Shown piece by piece: positions 40,187 through 49,278 of a stretch of 64,000 nucleotides of DNA (position 1 is the first letter of the stretch; every line of letters starts with the position of its first letter). Made by a program: the position numbers and the translations under genes. The stretch is from Fibrobacteria bacterium (GTDB lineage Bacteria > Fibrobacterota > Fibrobacteria > UBA11236). The notes under the pieces are model-generated. The model was given only the letters and a program-made list of their open reading frames with translations, was not told the origin of the DNA and did no database searches. Where the stretch lies: the NCBI GenBank assembly GCA_043732185.1, contig JAYTHY010000046.1, positions 32,001-96,000 on the forward strand, written 5' to 3'.

Positions 40187-40795
40187 TTAGCCCATTTCCA
40201 CCCGGCTTTCCAATGCTCTTTGCACCGTCAGTTCATCGACATACTCTAGTTCGGATCCAATAGGAATACCGCGCGCCAGACGAGTGATTTTGACACCCTT
40301 TCCCTGAAGCTTATGCATGATAAATGTTGCGGTGGCTTCCCCTTCGGCATTGGTATTCAAAGCCAGGATCAATTCCACGTCAGCCTGCAGGCTTCGCTCC
40401 CAAAGTCTGGCAAAATTAAGTTCAGCAGGGCCAATTCCATCGAGCGGAGAAATCGTTCCACCCAAAACATGGTAGACTCCTGGAAAGGTACCGCTGCGTT
40501 CGAAGGCCAAAATGTCGGCGGGCTTTTCTACCACGCAAATCAAATTCTGCTGACGACGGACATTGGCGCAAATTCGACAGGTTTCCCTTTCGGTATAATT
40601 GCCGCAGGACAAACATGCATGGATCCGGGACTTGCCTTCCGTTAAAGCTCTAGCCAAATCTTGCACGACCCCGGATTCCTGAGACAAGATATGGTAGGCC
40701 AACCGCTGTGCGGTTTTGCGGCCAATGGATGGCAGTCCGGCCAGCTGGTTAATCAAGTTTTCAATGATAATTTCCCGGGTATCCATTTCCGACAT
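40187..40795 (-). CDS. recR: Recombination mediator RecR
   Basis: LPSIGRKTAQRLA, C4 zinc finger, YHVLGGTISPLDGIGP, EGEATA, RLARGIP. Confidence 0.97.
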   Translation of the reverse strand: MSEMDTREIIIENLINQLAGLPSIGRKTAQRLAYHILSQESGVVQDLARALTEGKSRIHACLSCGNYTERETCRICANVRRQQNLICVVEKPADILAFERSGTFPGVYHVLGGTISPLDGIGPAELNFARLWERSLQADVELILALNTNAEGEATATFIMHKLQGKGVKITRLARGIPIGSELEYVDELTVQRALESRVEMG

Positions 40796-40946
40796 GGCCT
40801 ATATATTACTTAAAAGTCCTACGTTCGCCTGAGAATTAGGAGGGATTAGGTGTTTTTTTTGGAAAGGCAACTTGTTAAATTATTCGCGACTTTGGTCAGC
40901 TTTTGGCCAAAAAGACTCAAGCAGGGAAATAACCAAAACCAGTACT

Positions 40947-41948
40947 ATGTGTTCTAAAGCAAGTTTCACTTACCGCCCAGCCCTTTTCATGGCTTTATTC
41001 CTAACCCTTGCCACTTGGCCGATGGCTGGAAGCGTCCTCGATTCAACGGCGGCTACAGTTGAGCCTGAAGCCGTTCCCCAAGAAGCGGTCAAGCTTTCTG
41101 CCCACGGAGCTTTTAGCAATCCTTCTCCCCGAGTAGGGGATTCACTAGACTATGTGCTGCAAGTGGAGTGGGAAGAATCGCAGGTGCCGGTTATGGTGTT
41201 GGCTCCAGACAGCTTAGTCTTTTCAGGTTTTAAAATTTTAGGCCAAGCCACCGTCCACAAAAAGCTGGCAAACGCCCAAGGCATTCGCAACCATACGGAA
41301 TTCGTGTATCGCCTACGTGCGCAAATCCAAGGCAGTGGCCGGATTTCATCCTTAAAGATACGGTATATCACTGGATTGTCCGGACATGAAGAAGCCCTTT
41401 TCATCCCAACAGCATTAATCGATATCGCGCAAGCCCCCGTGCACTTGATGGATATGTTGTGGTTCAAACTATTAGCAGGACTGCTTCTCTTTGGCGCCGC
41501 AGTCATGCTGGGTTGGACGGCTTTTAAAGTGACTTTGCGAACACGGAAAAAATCGGAACCGGCCAAACTGGATCTCGGCCCCAAAGTGCAAGAGTTGAAA
41601 ATCCGGTTGAAGTCCGCGGCCAGCTCACCGGAAGCTTCCAGGGACATTTTAATGGCCATGGAATCCTTGAGTATCCTTTATCTGCAACATGCACTAAAGC
41701 CCCAAGGGCCAAAGCCTCCGGGAACGGTTACACAAACCTCGCCTCAAGCTAAGTTTGAGCCGGTATTAGAAGCGTTTTTAGCGCGTACAGGAAACACCGA
41801 TAACGAGGTACAGGATTGGGGAAAACTCAGGGAACTATTCCGCCACGCGCGATTCGCGGGTGGGCATAAGGAACCGCATGAGCTTCAAGATGCGTTCAAG
41901 ACCTTCAAGAGATGTTTAAAAATAACGGGAGAAGAAGAGCATGAATAG
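40947..41948 (+). CDS. BatD-like Ig domain + TM protein, first gene of the Bat operon
   Basis: Signal peptide, PRVGDSLDYVLQV, TM, and C-terminal RHARFAG motif resembling the LVKFA motif of 44762..45742. Start uncertain (40872, 40947 or 40989). Confidence 0.6.
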   Translation: MCSKASFTYRPALFMALFLTLATWPMAGSVLDSTAATVEPEAVPQEAVKLSAHGAFSNPSPRVGDSLDYVLQVEWEESQVPVMVLAPDSLVFSGFKILGQATVHKKLANAQGIRNHTEFVYRLRAQIQGSGRISSLKIRYITGLSGHEEALFIPTALIDIAQAPVHLMDMLWFKLLAGLLLFGAAVMLGWTAFKVTLRTRKKSEPAKLDLGPKVQELKIRLKSAASSPEASRDILMAMESLSILYLQHALKPQGPKPPGTVTQTSPQAKFEPVLEAFLARTGNTDNEVQDWGKLRELFRHARFAGGHKEPHELQDAFKTFKRCLKITGEEEHE

Positions 41949-42942
41949 TGCAGCCAAAGTGGATATACAAGCCATTACAGAAAAAGTGAAGCAGGAAGGT
42001 GCCATGGTGCAGCGCATCATGGCTGAAATAGGCAATTCCGTAATCGGCCAAAAAAACATGTTGGAAAAACTAGTGATTGGCTTGCTGGCCGATGGCCATG
42101 TACTGCTGGAAGGCGTACCTGGATTGGCTAAAACCACTGCAGTCAAAGCTCTGGCTAATTCCGTAAATTGCCAGTTTAACCGCATTCAATTTACTCCCGA
42201 TTTGCTCCCGGCTGATTTGATCGGAACGCTGATCTTCAATCCCAAATCCGGTGAGTTCAATGTTAAAAAGGGTCCGGTATTCGCCAATATCGTCCTCGCT
42301 GATGAAATCAACCGCGCACCCTCGAAAGTGCAGTCGGCTTTATTGGAAGCCATGCAAGAAAAGCATGTTACCATTGGTGATACGACATACCCACTGTCCC
42401 CACTTTTTCTGGTGCTGGCCACTCAGAATCCTGTCGAACAGGAAGGCACCTATCCCCTACCGGAAGCCCAAGTGGATCGGTTTATGCTTAAAGTCACCAT
42501 GACCTACCCTACCAAGGAAGAGGAAAAAGCCATCGTCAATCTCGTGTCCGGAGAAGGTCTTCCTCAAGCTCGGAAAATGGCGACCGAAGCCGATATCCTT
42601 AGGGCCCGCAGCATTGTCAATGAAGTGTATATGGATGAAAAAATCCTGCACTATATCATCAACCTGGTGGCGGCCACCCGCGATCCAGCTGGACATGGAA
42701 TCAAAGATCTCGCTGGTTTAATTGAATACGGCGCTTCACCGCGTACCAGCATAAGCTTGGCCAAGGCTTCCAAAGCTCATGCACTTATTCGTGGTCGCGG
42801 CTATGTTACCCCGGAAGACGTCAAATCCATCGGCATGGAAGTCATGAAACATCGCCTCATTCTAAGCTATGAAGCAGAGGCCGAAGAAGTAAAATCTGAG
42901 AACGTTGTGCAACGCATTTTTGATAGCGTGGAAGTGCCCTAA
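41941..42942 (+). CDS. moxR: MoxR family AAA+ ATPase
   Basis: HVLLEGVPGLAKT, RIQFTPDLLPAD, LADEINRAPSKVQSALLEAM, ATQNPVEQEGTYPLPEAQVDRF. Confidence 0.97.
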   Translation: MNSAAKVDIQAITEKVKQEGAMVQRIMAEIGNSVIGQKNMLEKLVIGLLADGHVLLEGVPGLAKTTAVKALANSVNCQFNRIQFTPDLLPADLIGTLIFNPKSGEFNVKKGPVFANIVLADEINRAPSKVQSALLEAMQEKHVTIGDTTYPLSPLFLVLATQNPVEQEGTYPLPEAQVDRFMLKVTMTYPTKEEEKAIVNLVSGEGLPQARKMATEADILRARSIVNEVYMDEKILHYIINLVAATRDPAGHGIKDLAGLIEYGASPRTSISLAKASKAHALIRGRGYVTPEDVKSIGMEVMKHRLILSYEAEAEEVKSENVVQRIFDSVEVP

Positions 42943-42946
42943 GCAT

Positions 42947-43834
42947 ATGTTGTCGAAGGAAGTCCTTAAGAAGGTTCACCAAATCGAAATCCGCACCAGC
43001 AGCATTGTGAATTCAGTGCTGTCGGGGGCGTATTCCTCGTCCTTTAAAGGGCAAGGCATGGAGTTCGCGGAAGTACGGGAATACGTACCTGGGGACGAAA
43101 TTAGATCCATCGATTGGAATGTCACCGCACGACACGGCACGCCGTATGTCAAAAAATTTATCGAAGAACGGGAACTCACCGTCATCCTGGTTGTAGATGC
43201 CAGCTCCTCTGGGGAATTCGGAAGCCAAACGGAAATGAAAGGCGAGGTAATGGCCACCATCAGCGCGTTGCTGGCCTTTTCCGCCATCAAGAACAACGAC
43301 AGAGTAGGCCTTTTGATTTTCACCTCGCAAGTTGAAAAATTCATTCCACCGCAAAAAGGGCGCAAACACGTACTGCGCGTTATCCGGGAATTGCTCTATT
43401 TCAAACCCAAGCAAAAGGGCACGGACTTGGCATTGGCTTTGGAATATTTGAACAGGATACTGACTCGTAGAGCTGTTATTTTCGTGGTTTCTGATTTCGC
43501 CACTGGGGATTTTGAAAAACCCATTAAACTTTTGAACCGGAAACACGATGGTGTGGCCATTACCGTCTGGGACCCGCGCGAACGCGAACTTCCCGACGTT
43601 GGATTCATTGAACTTGAAGATGCCGAAACAGGTGAAATCATTCTAGTCGATACCAGTGATGAGGATTTTCGCAAGACTTTTAAAAAGGAAGCACAAAAAG
43701 AAAGTTCAACACTGAAAAAACTTTTTCGTAAACTTCGTATGGATTTTATCGAGATTATCATTCAGCCCAAATATGACGACACCATTCACCCCCTGTTGGA
43801 ATACTTTCGTAAAAGGGCCGCTAAGCATGCTTAA
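42947..43834 (+). CDS. DUF58 (VWA-like) protein
   Basis: GMEFAEVREYVPGDEIRSIDWNVTAR, VKKFIEEREL, DASSSG, SDF. Confidence 0.95.
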   Translation: MLSKEVLKKVHQIEIRTSSIVNSVLSGAYSSSFKGQGMEFAEVREYVPGDEIRSIDWNVTARHGTPYVKKFIEERELTVILVVDASSSGEFGSQTEMKGEVMATISALLAFSAIKNNDRVGLLIFTSQVEKFIPPQKGRKHVLRVIRELLYFKPKQKGTDLALALEYLNRILTRRAVIFVVSDFATGDFEKPIKLLNRKHDGVAITVWDPRERELPDVGFIELEDAETGEIILVDTSDEDFRKTFKKEAQKESSTLKKLFRKLRMDFIEIIIQPKYDDTIHPLLEYFRKRAAKHA

Positions 43835-44765
43835 ATTCCTTTGGAACCCTTCCATTAGGGTTGGCGCTGTGTCCAGCCTGGCTATATTCATTATCGGTTG
43901 CAATTCACCCGGCGGAACCTCATTTTCTCGGGAGCAATACCGAGCCGCGGCCACGGCACTTTTTCAACAACAACTCTATCATGAAGCCGTTGACATGTAT
44001 GAAGTCTATTTGAAATCTTCAGTCATCCCACCGGAAGACGTGGTAAAAGTGCTTTACCAAATAGGCACCATTTACCAGGAAAATCTCCTCGACCCCAAGG
44101 CAGCATTGGCCAAATTCACGGTCGTTAAGGCCCTGTATCCGCAAGAAACATTCAACAATCAGCTGGGCAAGCGCATGGTTGCCTGCCTTGAGACCATGGG
44201 TCGCAGCATCGATGCCACTCAGGCTCGCTCCAGGATTACAGATTTGGTGGCGGATTCATCAAAAGCTCCTGCCGGTGGAGTGCACGGAAGCGCAACTGTT
44301 GTTGCCGAAGTGGACGGACGTAAAATCACTTTAGGTGAAATCGCTTCCATGGTTGGAAAGTTACCGGATGCACCTTTGGAGCTCAATCAGTTGGTGCGTG
44401 AATATGTGGCGCAAATACTGGTGGCCGAAGCGGCAAAACGGAAAGGTGTTGGCGACCGGCCAGAGGTAAAGCAACGGATTGGCCAGGTAGAAAATCAGAT
44501 CTTGGCGCAAGCGGGACTGGCAGACGAAATCAAGATTCAGCCGCCTTCAGGAAATGATATCAAATATTATTTCGAAGCCAATAAAGCCCGGTATCTTAAA
44601 GGCACCGATTCCAATGCCACCTTTGAATCCTTGGCACCAAAAGTACAGGCGGATTGGGCGCGTGAGAAACAAGGTGCCGAATACCAAAAATACGTCGAGC
44701 GACTGCTGCAAACTGCTAAGGTCAACTTTTTCAATCCCAATACGGGAGCAGCCACTCAGCCATGA
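43827..44765 (+). CDS. Lipoprotein: TPR + SurA/PrsA-type chaperone domain
   Basis: Lipobox IIGC, TPR (VLYQIGTIYQE), VVAEVDGRKITLGEI, IKYYFEANK, YVERLLQTAKV. Confidence 0.7.
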   Translation: MLKFLWNPSIRVGAVSSLAIFIIGCNSPGGTSFSREQYRAAATALFQQQLYHEAVDMYEVYLKSSVIPPEDVVKVLYQIGTIYQENLLDPKAALAKFTVVKALYPQETFNNQLGKRMVACLETMGRSIDATQARSRITDLVADSSKAPAGGVHGSATVVAEVDGRKITLGEIASMVGKLPDAPLELNQLVREYVAQILVAEAAKRKGVGDRPEVKQRIGQVENQILAQAGLADEIKIQPPSGNDIKYYFEANKARYLKGTDSNATFESLAPKVQADWAREKQGAEYQKYVERLLQTAKVNFFNPNTGAATQP

Positions 44766-45742
44766 TTTGCATTTTGCTAAAGCCCGTGCCGAATAGCATG
44801 ATACTGGCGGCATTGATTCTAAGTCTGACTTCCGCGCCCTTACGGGCGGATCTCCCTGTTGTCGCAGCCAATCAAAGCCAACCCACGCCCTCCTTGGACA
44901 TTTCGTCGCAGGTGGATAGAAGCGAAATCACTATTGGTGACCGCATTCAATATGAAATTAAAGTGGTGTATCCTAACCAAGGGCATGTAGAACTTCCTTC
45001 CGTTTTAGGCAATCTGGGTGCGTTCGAAGTCAAGGAATACCAAGTTTCTGAGCCCAAACCCGCCGGGAAACTGCAAATCCAAACCTGGCATTTCAATCTC
45101 TCTACCTTCACCGTAGGCAAATACACGCTGCCACCCCAACAAGTCGCCTACCGTAACGGCACGGATACGGCAGCAACGGTCTTTTTCACCCAACCGATTG
45201 AAATCAACGTCATTCGGACATCTCCGGAAACCGTAAAAGATATTGCCGATATTGCGCCACTCGCCAAAGTACCGGGAGGAAAACCTTGGCTGCTGTATGC
45301 TTTAGGTGGCCTGCTATTACTGGCGTTGGGCCTGATAGTGTGGAAACGAATACGGAAAAATACTTCGGTAAAATTGGAAAAGGCCCCTCTTCCCCCCTTC
45401 GAAGAAGCCATGGAGAAGCTCGCCGGTCTGAAAAATCTTGCACTACTGAAAGAAAATCAGGCCGGAGAATTTTGTTTCCAGCTTTCTGAGTTGCTGCGGC
45501 GGTTTATTTCAAGGCGCTTTGGCATTGATGCCTTAGAGTCTACTACCTCTGAATTTCTCGAGGATGTGCGCAAACTTCCCATTACCCGATCTCAAAAAGA
45601 ATGGTTGGAAAAATTTTGCGCCGCCACTGACCTGGTTAAATTTGCCGATGCGCCGCTGACGGTCAACGAAGCCGAATCCTGGATCCAACAAACTGAAGAT
45701 TTTCTTCAGCAAACCAAGCCGGTGGAAGGGGCTGAAAAATGA
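44762..45742 (+). CDS. Bat-operon BatD-like/DUF4381-like membrane protein
   Basis: VDRSEITIGD, DIADIAP, TM, PPFEEA, LRRFISRRFGIDALESTT, DLVKFA. Confidence 0.8.
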   Translation: MICILLKPVPNSMILAALILSLTSAPLRADLPVVAANQSQPTPSLDISSQVDRSEITIGDRIQYEIKVVYPNQGHVELPSVLGNLGAFEVKEYQVSEPKPAGKLQIQTWHFNLSTFTVGKYTLPPQQVAYRNGTDTAATVFFTQPIEINVIRTSPETVKDIADIAPLAKVPGGKPWLLYALGGLLLLALGLIVWKRIRKNTSVKLEKAPLPPFEEAMEKLAGLKNLALLKENQAGEFCFQLSELLRRFISRRFGIDALESTTSEFLEDVRKLPITRSQKEWLEKFCAATDLVKFADAPLTVNEAESWIQQTEDFLQQTKPVEGAEK

Positions 45743-46737
45743 ACCTCCCCCATTTTCAGAATCCGGCATTTTTAATTGGATTGCTCATCATACCTTTCCT
45801 GGCGTGGGATTATTTCCGAAAGAACCAAAAGCGCACAGCCAGCATTCGCTTCCCTTCCCTCTCGATTATAAAACGGGTGCCCGTAAGCATGGCCTATCGT
45901 GCTCGCCATGTGCTTTTAATCTTACGCCTATGCGTCATTGCACTGTTATTTTTGGCCATGGCCCGTCCCCAGTATGGTGAAGCAATTGAAGACATCACCA
46001 CAAATGGAGTCGATATTGTTCTGGCCTTGGATATTTCCAGCTCCATGAAAACCATGGATTTTAAACCAAAGAATCGCCTGGTAGTCGCAAAACAGGTGAT
46101 TGAAAATTTTATCCTGGGGCGAAAAAACGATCGTATAGGACTGGTGGTTTTTTCCGGGAAAAGTTTTACCCAATGCCCACTCACCTTGGACTATGGAATC
46201 GTCGTCCAATTCCTTCGGCGCACTGATTTTGGAATGGTTGAGGATGGAACAGCAATTGGAACGGCAATCCTGAACGCCACCAACAGATTGCGCCAAAGCA
46301 GTGCCAAAAGCAAAATCATCATTCTTCTGACGGACGGAGCCAATAATTCGGGAGAAGTGGATCCAGTCACGGCCAGTAAAGCCGCCAAAGCTTTGGGCAT
46401 TAAAATTTATACCGTAGGTGTTGGCAAAGAAGGCGAACAGCCTATGGAAGTCGATGATCCCGTGTTTGGAAAGCGCATTGTCAGCGTGCGCACCGATGTC
46501 GACGCCCCTATGCTGCAATCCATCGCCAATCTAACCGGGGGGAAATTTTATCGCGCCCAGGATGCGCAAGCCTTGGAGGACATCTATAACACCATCGACA
46601 AATTGGAAAAAACTGAAATCAAAACCACGAATTATTACCGCTACCATGAACTCTTCCGGAATGTATTGATACTGGCACTCCTGCTCTTGCTGGTGGAAAT
46701 ATCCCTAGCCAACACTCGCTTCATGAAAATACCATGA
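45739..46737 (+). CDS. batA: BatA VWA-domain protein
   Basis: FQNP..., ARPQ, DISSSM MIDAS, DRIGLVVF, GTAIG, ILLTDGANN, YTVGVG. Confidence 0.92.
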   Translation: MNLPHFQNPAFLIGLLIIPFLAWDYFRKNQKRTASIRFPSLSIIKRVPVSMAYRARHVLLILRLCVIALLFLAMARPQYGEAIEDITTNGVDIVLALDISSSMKTMDFKPKNRLVVAKQVIENFILGRKNDRIGLVVFSGKSFTQCPLTLDYGIVVQFLRRTDFGMVEDGTAIGTAILNATNRLRQSSAKSKIIILLTDGANNSGEVDPVTASKAAKALGIKIYTVGVGKEGEQPMEVDDPVFGKRIVSVRTDVDAPMLQSIANLTGGKFYRAQDAQALEDIYNTIDKLEKTEIKTTNYYRYHELFRNVLILALLLLLVEISLANTRFMKIP

Positions 46738-47759
46738 GATTTGCAACTCCCCAGGCCTTCTGGCTATTGTTTACAATCCCGCTACTGGCCGGATTTTTCC
46801 TTTATGCGTTCATCAAAAAAGGACGGACGCTACGTAGATTCGCCCAGGTGGAAATGCTCAAACGCATGACGGATGCCATTTCGCGTGGACGCCAGATTTT
46901 CAAGGCCATCTTGATTCTATTAGTCGCGCTCTTTTCCGTATTGGCTTTAGCGCGCCCTCAATTTGGAACCAAAATGGAATTGATGCGCCGTAAAGGACTT
47001 GATGTTGTAGTCGCCATGGACGTATCGCTTTCTATGTATGCAGAGGACATCAAGCCCAACCGTTTGGCACGATCGAAACAAGAAATTGGAAAATTTATCG
47101 ATCGATTATCCAGCGATCGTGTGGCATTAGTGGCTTTTTCAGGCGAGGCTTTCCTCCAATGCCCATTGACCATGGACTATGGCGCCTTTAAAATTTTCTT
47201 GGATATTCTGGGTCCCGATCTTATTCAAACACCAGGCACCGATATCGCAAGTGCCCTGGAAACGTCACTCAAAGCCTTTGATCCAAAAGACAGAAAATAC
47301 CGGGTGGTAGTGCTCCTGACGGACGGTGAGGATCACAGCGGCCGGGCAGAAAAGTTAGCCGAAGAGGCAAGCCGACTAGGTGTTACCGTTTATACTGTCG
47401 GCATTGGATTAACCCAAGGCGTACCCATCCCGCTTAAAAATGAACAAGGCGAAGTGAGTTACAAGAAAGATTCCGAAGGCAATATTGTAACGACTAAACT
47501 GGACGAGGAACTGCTTCAAAAAATATCCCTCGCGACCAATGGAAAATATTATCATGCGGAACCGGGCCGTTTTGAGCTAGAGGAAATCCTGAAGGAAATC
47601 AACAAAATGGAGAAACGTGAATTAGAGTCCGAACGTATCAGCCAATACGAAGACCGGTTTCAAATTCCATTGGGTATTGCCATTGTCCTGCTCATCGGTG
47701 AAATGCTCATTTCCGATCGCAAGCGCCGTCGTAAGGAATGGTCGGGGAGGTTCACATGA
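46734..47759 (+). CDS. batB: BatB VWA-domain protein
   Basis: ARPQFG, DVSLSMYAEDIKPNRL, LLTDGEDH, YTVGIG...GVPIP, VTTKLDE. Confidence 0.9.
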   Translation: MRFATPQAFWLLFTIPLLAGFFLYAFIKKGRTLRRFAQVEMLKRMTDAISRGRQIFKAILILLVALFSVLALARPQFGTKMELMRRKGLDVVVAMDVSLSMYAEDIKPNRLARSKQEIGKFIDRLSSDRVALVAFSGEAFLQCPLTMDYGAFKIFLDILGPDLIQTPGTDIASALETSLKAFDPKDRKYRVVVLLTDGEDHSGRAEKLAEEASRLGVTVYTVGIGLTQGVPIPLKNEQGEVSYKKDSEGNIVTTKLDEELLQKISLATNGKYYHAEPGRFELEEILKEINKMEKRELESERISQYEDRFQIPLGIAIVLLIGEMLISDRKRRRKEWSGRFT

Positions 47760-48637
47760 AACGGACAGTGTTGGCTCTCCTGTTATTGGTCTTTTCTTAC
47801 GCGCTGAGCCAAAACCAAATTGTACAACCGGACTCTAATACGGTTCAAAAAGGCGCTCCAGACTTATTGTCCCAATATGAAAAACCGAGTTCGACCAAAC
47901 CAAATTGGTTAGGTAAGTTATTAGGGATGCTGGGAGCCGGCGGTGCGCCCATTAAAAAGGCGGATAAAGCCTATTCAACGGGTGACTACGACCTTGCCCT
48001 GCAAAAATATGCAGAAGCTCAGCTTGACCAGCCGGAGTCTCAAGCGTTGGCGTATGATATTGGCAATGCACAATACCGGAAAAAGAAATACGAAGACGCG
48101 ATTGCTGCTTATAAGAAGGCTTTGAACGGTGACGATGCAGCGCTGGCAGCCAAGGCATATTACAACCTCGGAAATTCGGAATTTCGAAAAGGCGAATTCG
48201 CCATACAGTCCGGACACCAGGAAGGTATCGAGGATTATCGAGAAGCGATGGCGCATTATAAAAAATCACTCGAAGTGACTCCGGACAACAAAGATGCCAA
48301 ACGCAATATTGAAGTAGTGCAGGCGCGTATCAAGGAATTGCTGGACCGGCAAAAGCAAAAGCAAGACAAGCAAAAAGGGGATCCGCAAAAGCCCCCGGAG
48401 CCTAGTGAAAAAGCAAAGGAAGTTTTAGCCCGAGCTATGCAATTGGTGCAAGAGCGTCGCTACGCAGAGGCAAAGACCCTATTGGAAGACTTGATTCAAA
48501 AGGACGCAACCGCCGCATCCTATCAAAGTCATGTCCAACGCATTGATGACATTCTAAAAATAATGCGTGGGGAAGCACCCACGCCCCCTCAAAGCCAGGA
48601 CCCCAGGGCCTCTCAACCAGGAGTGGGGGTTATATGA
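47756..48637 (+). CDS. BatC-like TPR protein (N-terminal/TPR part)
   Basis: Signal peptide, YDIGNAQY, AYYNLGNSEF, YKKSLEVTPDNKDAKRNIE. Confidence 0.8.
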   Translation: MKRTVLALLLLVFSYALSQNQIVQPDSNTVQKGAPDLLSQYEKPSSTKPNWLGKLLGMLGAGGAPIKKADKAYSTGDYDLALQKYAEAQLDQPESQALAYDIGNAQYRKKKYEDAIAAYKKALNGDDAALAAKAYYNLGNSEFRKGEFAIQSGHQEGIEDYREAMAHYKKSLEVTPDNKDAKRNIEVVQARIKELLDRQKQKQDKQKGDPQKPPEPSEKAKEVLARAMQLVQERRYAEAKTLLEDLIQKDATAASYQSHVQRIDDILKIMRGEAPTPPQSQDPRASQPGVGVI

Positions 48638-49278
48638 AACGTTTAGATCAGATCACACCCTTACGCCTACTATTAACTTGCCTTTTGTTCATTGCTATTG
48701 GGACAAATTGGGCAGCAGGCCGATCAGCCATTGATTATTTGCATGGCGGCGCCGCCAAATATATTCAAGGCCGTTTGCAGGAGGCCTCGGTGGAAGTGGA
48801 GGAAGGGCTGCGGCTTTTTCCCAATGACTCCAAGCTAAAAGCCTTGGCGGGACAGCTTAAGAGCCTAAAAGACCAGAAGAAACAGGACCAAAGCGGCGAA
48901 GGCTCGCAAGGTGAGCAGGACTCCAAACCCAAAGAGGATAAAAAGGACAGCAGTAGCCAAGGCAACCAGCAAAACAAAGATCAAGCGAAAAAAGATCAAG
49001 AGAAAAAAGATCAAGACAAAAATCAGGGTAAAGAAAAAGAACAGGATAAAGCTAAGGAAAAGGAAAATGAGGCAAAGAAACAGGCTGAAGAGGGGAAAAA
49101 CAAAGACCAGAATAAGCCGGATTCAAGCGGCCAGGCTGCTGCCCCTGTCAAACCAGGTGAACTGAGTAAGGAAGAAGCAGAACGATTGCTAAATTCCTAT
49201 CAAGATGATGAAAAGCGAGAGCATCAGGAAATGCAACGCCGTCAAAAAAGCCCAGTAGGAGTGGAGAAGGATTGGTGA
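48634..49278 (+). CDS. BatC-like C-terminal part (Q/K/D/E-rich linker, ...EKDW end)
   Basis: Own signal peptide, one TPR-like hairpin, charged linker, LSKEEAERLLNSYQDDEK...VEKDW. Confidence 0.75.
   Translation: MKRLDQITPLRLLLTCLLFIAIGTNWAAGRSAIDYLHGGAAKYIQGRLQEASVEVEEGLRLFPNDSKLKALAGQLKSLKDQKKQDQSGEGSQGEQDSKPKEDKKDSSSQGNQQNKDQAKKDQEKKDQDKNQGKEKEQDKAKEKENEAKKQAEEGKNKDQNKPDSSGQAAAPVKPGELSKEEAERLLNSYQDDEKREHQEMQRRQKSPVGVEKDW

Noticed and set aside
48860..49130. A-rich repetitive DNA as a separate repeat element
   Set aside because: It is explained by the Q/K/D/E-rich linker typical of BatC-like proteins.
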